Assembly (NCBI GenBank): GCA_035084275.1
Contig: CM068754.1
Span: forward strand, 8,184,001-8,248,000
Reading direction: 5' to 3'
DNA length: 64,000 bases
From: Hydrolagus colliei
Taxonomy: Eukaryota
Below, in pieces: positions 62,579 to 64,000 of the stretch. The notes below the pieces were generated by a model. That model was not told where the DNA came from. It did not search any database and saw only the letters and a program-made list of their open reading frames with translations. Position numbers and translations under genes: made by a program. How positions within the stretch are numbered: the first letter of the stretch is position 1; each line of letters begins with the position of its first letter.

Positions 62579-63869
62579 AACTATTCTCATGTGAGAGGCA
62601 GGCTTAATGAGCAACCAAATAGGCTCACACTTTGCATCGAATCTTGAAACGCAACCTACCTCTTCCTCTTACCACAGTTGCTCCGCAGTTATAAGGGGGG
62701 CGCAGATTGCTGGGAGAGTTAGTTGCATCTGTTGGGCATGTCGCAGCAATCTGTACGAAATCCATGACAAATGTCCGAGCAGAATTTTGGCTCCATTCAA
62801 ACTAGCCCCAGACAATAACAAGAAGGAAATCTGCAGCCTTTGGGTTCAGAGTACAATAACTCCACCATCCAAAAATGCCCATTGTAAAAAAGACCACTTT
62901 AGAGCTACATTATCGACTGTATTCCACTTGTGCGAGACATCATCCCAGCGTTTGGCAAAAAACTATAATCTTTCCACTTTCCTATCATGTCAAAATGTCG
63001 TAAGATGACCTGCAGTTAAAAGCCATCAACTGTTATGCCTGTGTATTTGAACGCAAACCTACTAGCTATTTTGAGTGCAGTAAGATTCCTAGAAAAAAAT
63101 TCTCTCTTGCGAGTTGTTGCTTTGACCAAAGACAATGAACAATGTACTTTTTTTTTATTTGATAAGGATAGAAAAAGCAGCTGAAATAAATGGGTTAAAC
63201 AGACGTACAGAAAGCAGAAGCCATTCCCCACCATCAACCCTCCCCTTAATATTCTCTCTTTATATCACTATTATTCAAGACACCCCTTCGGTGGCAAAGT
63301 GACAATACTACCGTAGCAATGGCGCTTTGCCTGCAGTAACTGCCCTCCTAAGGCACTTTTTCATACCATCTCCAGAGGCAAATGCTTCTGTGTCAGGAGG
63401 ACAACGAGTCAACCCTGTTGTCTACAGGTGGCCTGGCTGCCATGTGTTTGTGACAGAGAGCAGGTTAAAATGTCAGCTTGCCCCCTGCAGCCTGTTTGTG
63501 GCATTGCAAGTCTGCCAAGAGACGGAGTGGGGGGGACAGGGAGGTATTGTTCAGTACAATGTGATAACTAATGTCACCATGTTGAAACAAGTGCACAAAA
63601 CAAGCAGTCGTGTAGATGTTCGGATATTTCCGCTAGCACCTCCCGAGTCCCTAAGTCTTATCTTCAGCAGAGCGTACATTAATACAAGTTCTATTGGATA
63701 GCAAGTAAAATTCTTGCGCAAGCTAAATGCAGCATTAAAATAATTATCTTCTGAATCACAGTGCAGAAGAAGAGACAAGAGACAAGAAATCACAATACTG
63801 CTTCTGCGATGGTGTTGTTCTTAATGAATTGACTTTCATTTTAAAATTGCAGAATGTTCAGCAGTTAAT

Positions 63870-64000
63870 TATTCTAGGACATTTGGACATTGCAGTGTGC
63901 AAATCTGCTACCACATTGCCAACAAATACTTTACAATACGAATCCCATTAGGTGATCTGAAACATCCTACTGATGTAAAAGCTGTTATGTCAAGTGCAAT
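63870..64000 (+). mobile_element. Old SINE 3' fragment running off the window
   Basis: ggacattgcagtgtgcaaatctgct...ctttacaat...tgaaacatcc...gatgtaaaagctgttatgtcaagtgcaa. Confidence 0.55.

Noticed and set aside
62616-62624. CArG-like ccaaatagg near tataag
   Set aside because: It has only five A/T between CC and GG, so it is not a canonical CArG box.
60269-63701. Plus-strand ORFs of 146, 133 and 124 aa
   Set aside because: Two start at non-ATG codons, none has a recognisable motif, and the lengths are compatible with chance.
1-64000. CRISPR array, operon or defence-type system
   Set aside because: This is eukaryotic repeat-rich DNA with no regularly spaced repeat-spacer array and no gene-dense region.

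Overview
This is AT-rich, CpG-depleted vertebrate nuclear DNA with no recognisable protein-coding gene, so it is probably a large intron or an intergenic region. The repeat content points to a cartilaginous fish, plausibly a holocephalan such as Callorhinchus; this is inferred from recalled repeat families, not from a search. Repeats include L2-clade LINE 3' ends with (TTG)n tails, CR1 relics, an abundant tRNA-Ala-like SINE with an L2-type tail, older SacSINE1/DeuSINE-like and other ancient SINEs, pogo/Tigger-type MITEs, and one hAT-like non-autonomous element. The ORF track is essentially noise apart from LINE remnants. The most notable items are: a 40-nt 5' U2 snRNA fragment; a hAT-like element with an intact 8-bp TSD and a templated inverted insertion in its right end; a MITE nested in a SINE tail; a shared LINE/SINE 3' stem-loop with compensatory changes; a near-perfect 64-nt hairpin; an unexplained diverged 60-90 nt duplication; an unclassified palindromic repeat family; and several weak candidate exons. 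I found no convincing new multi-gene system. Boundaries of old repeats are approximate.
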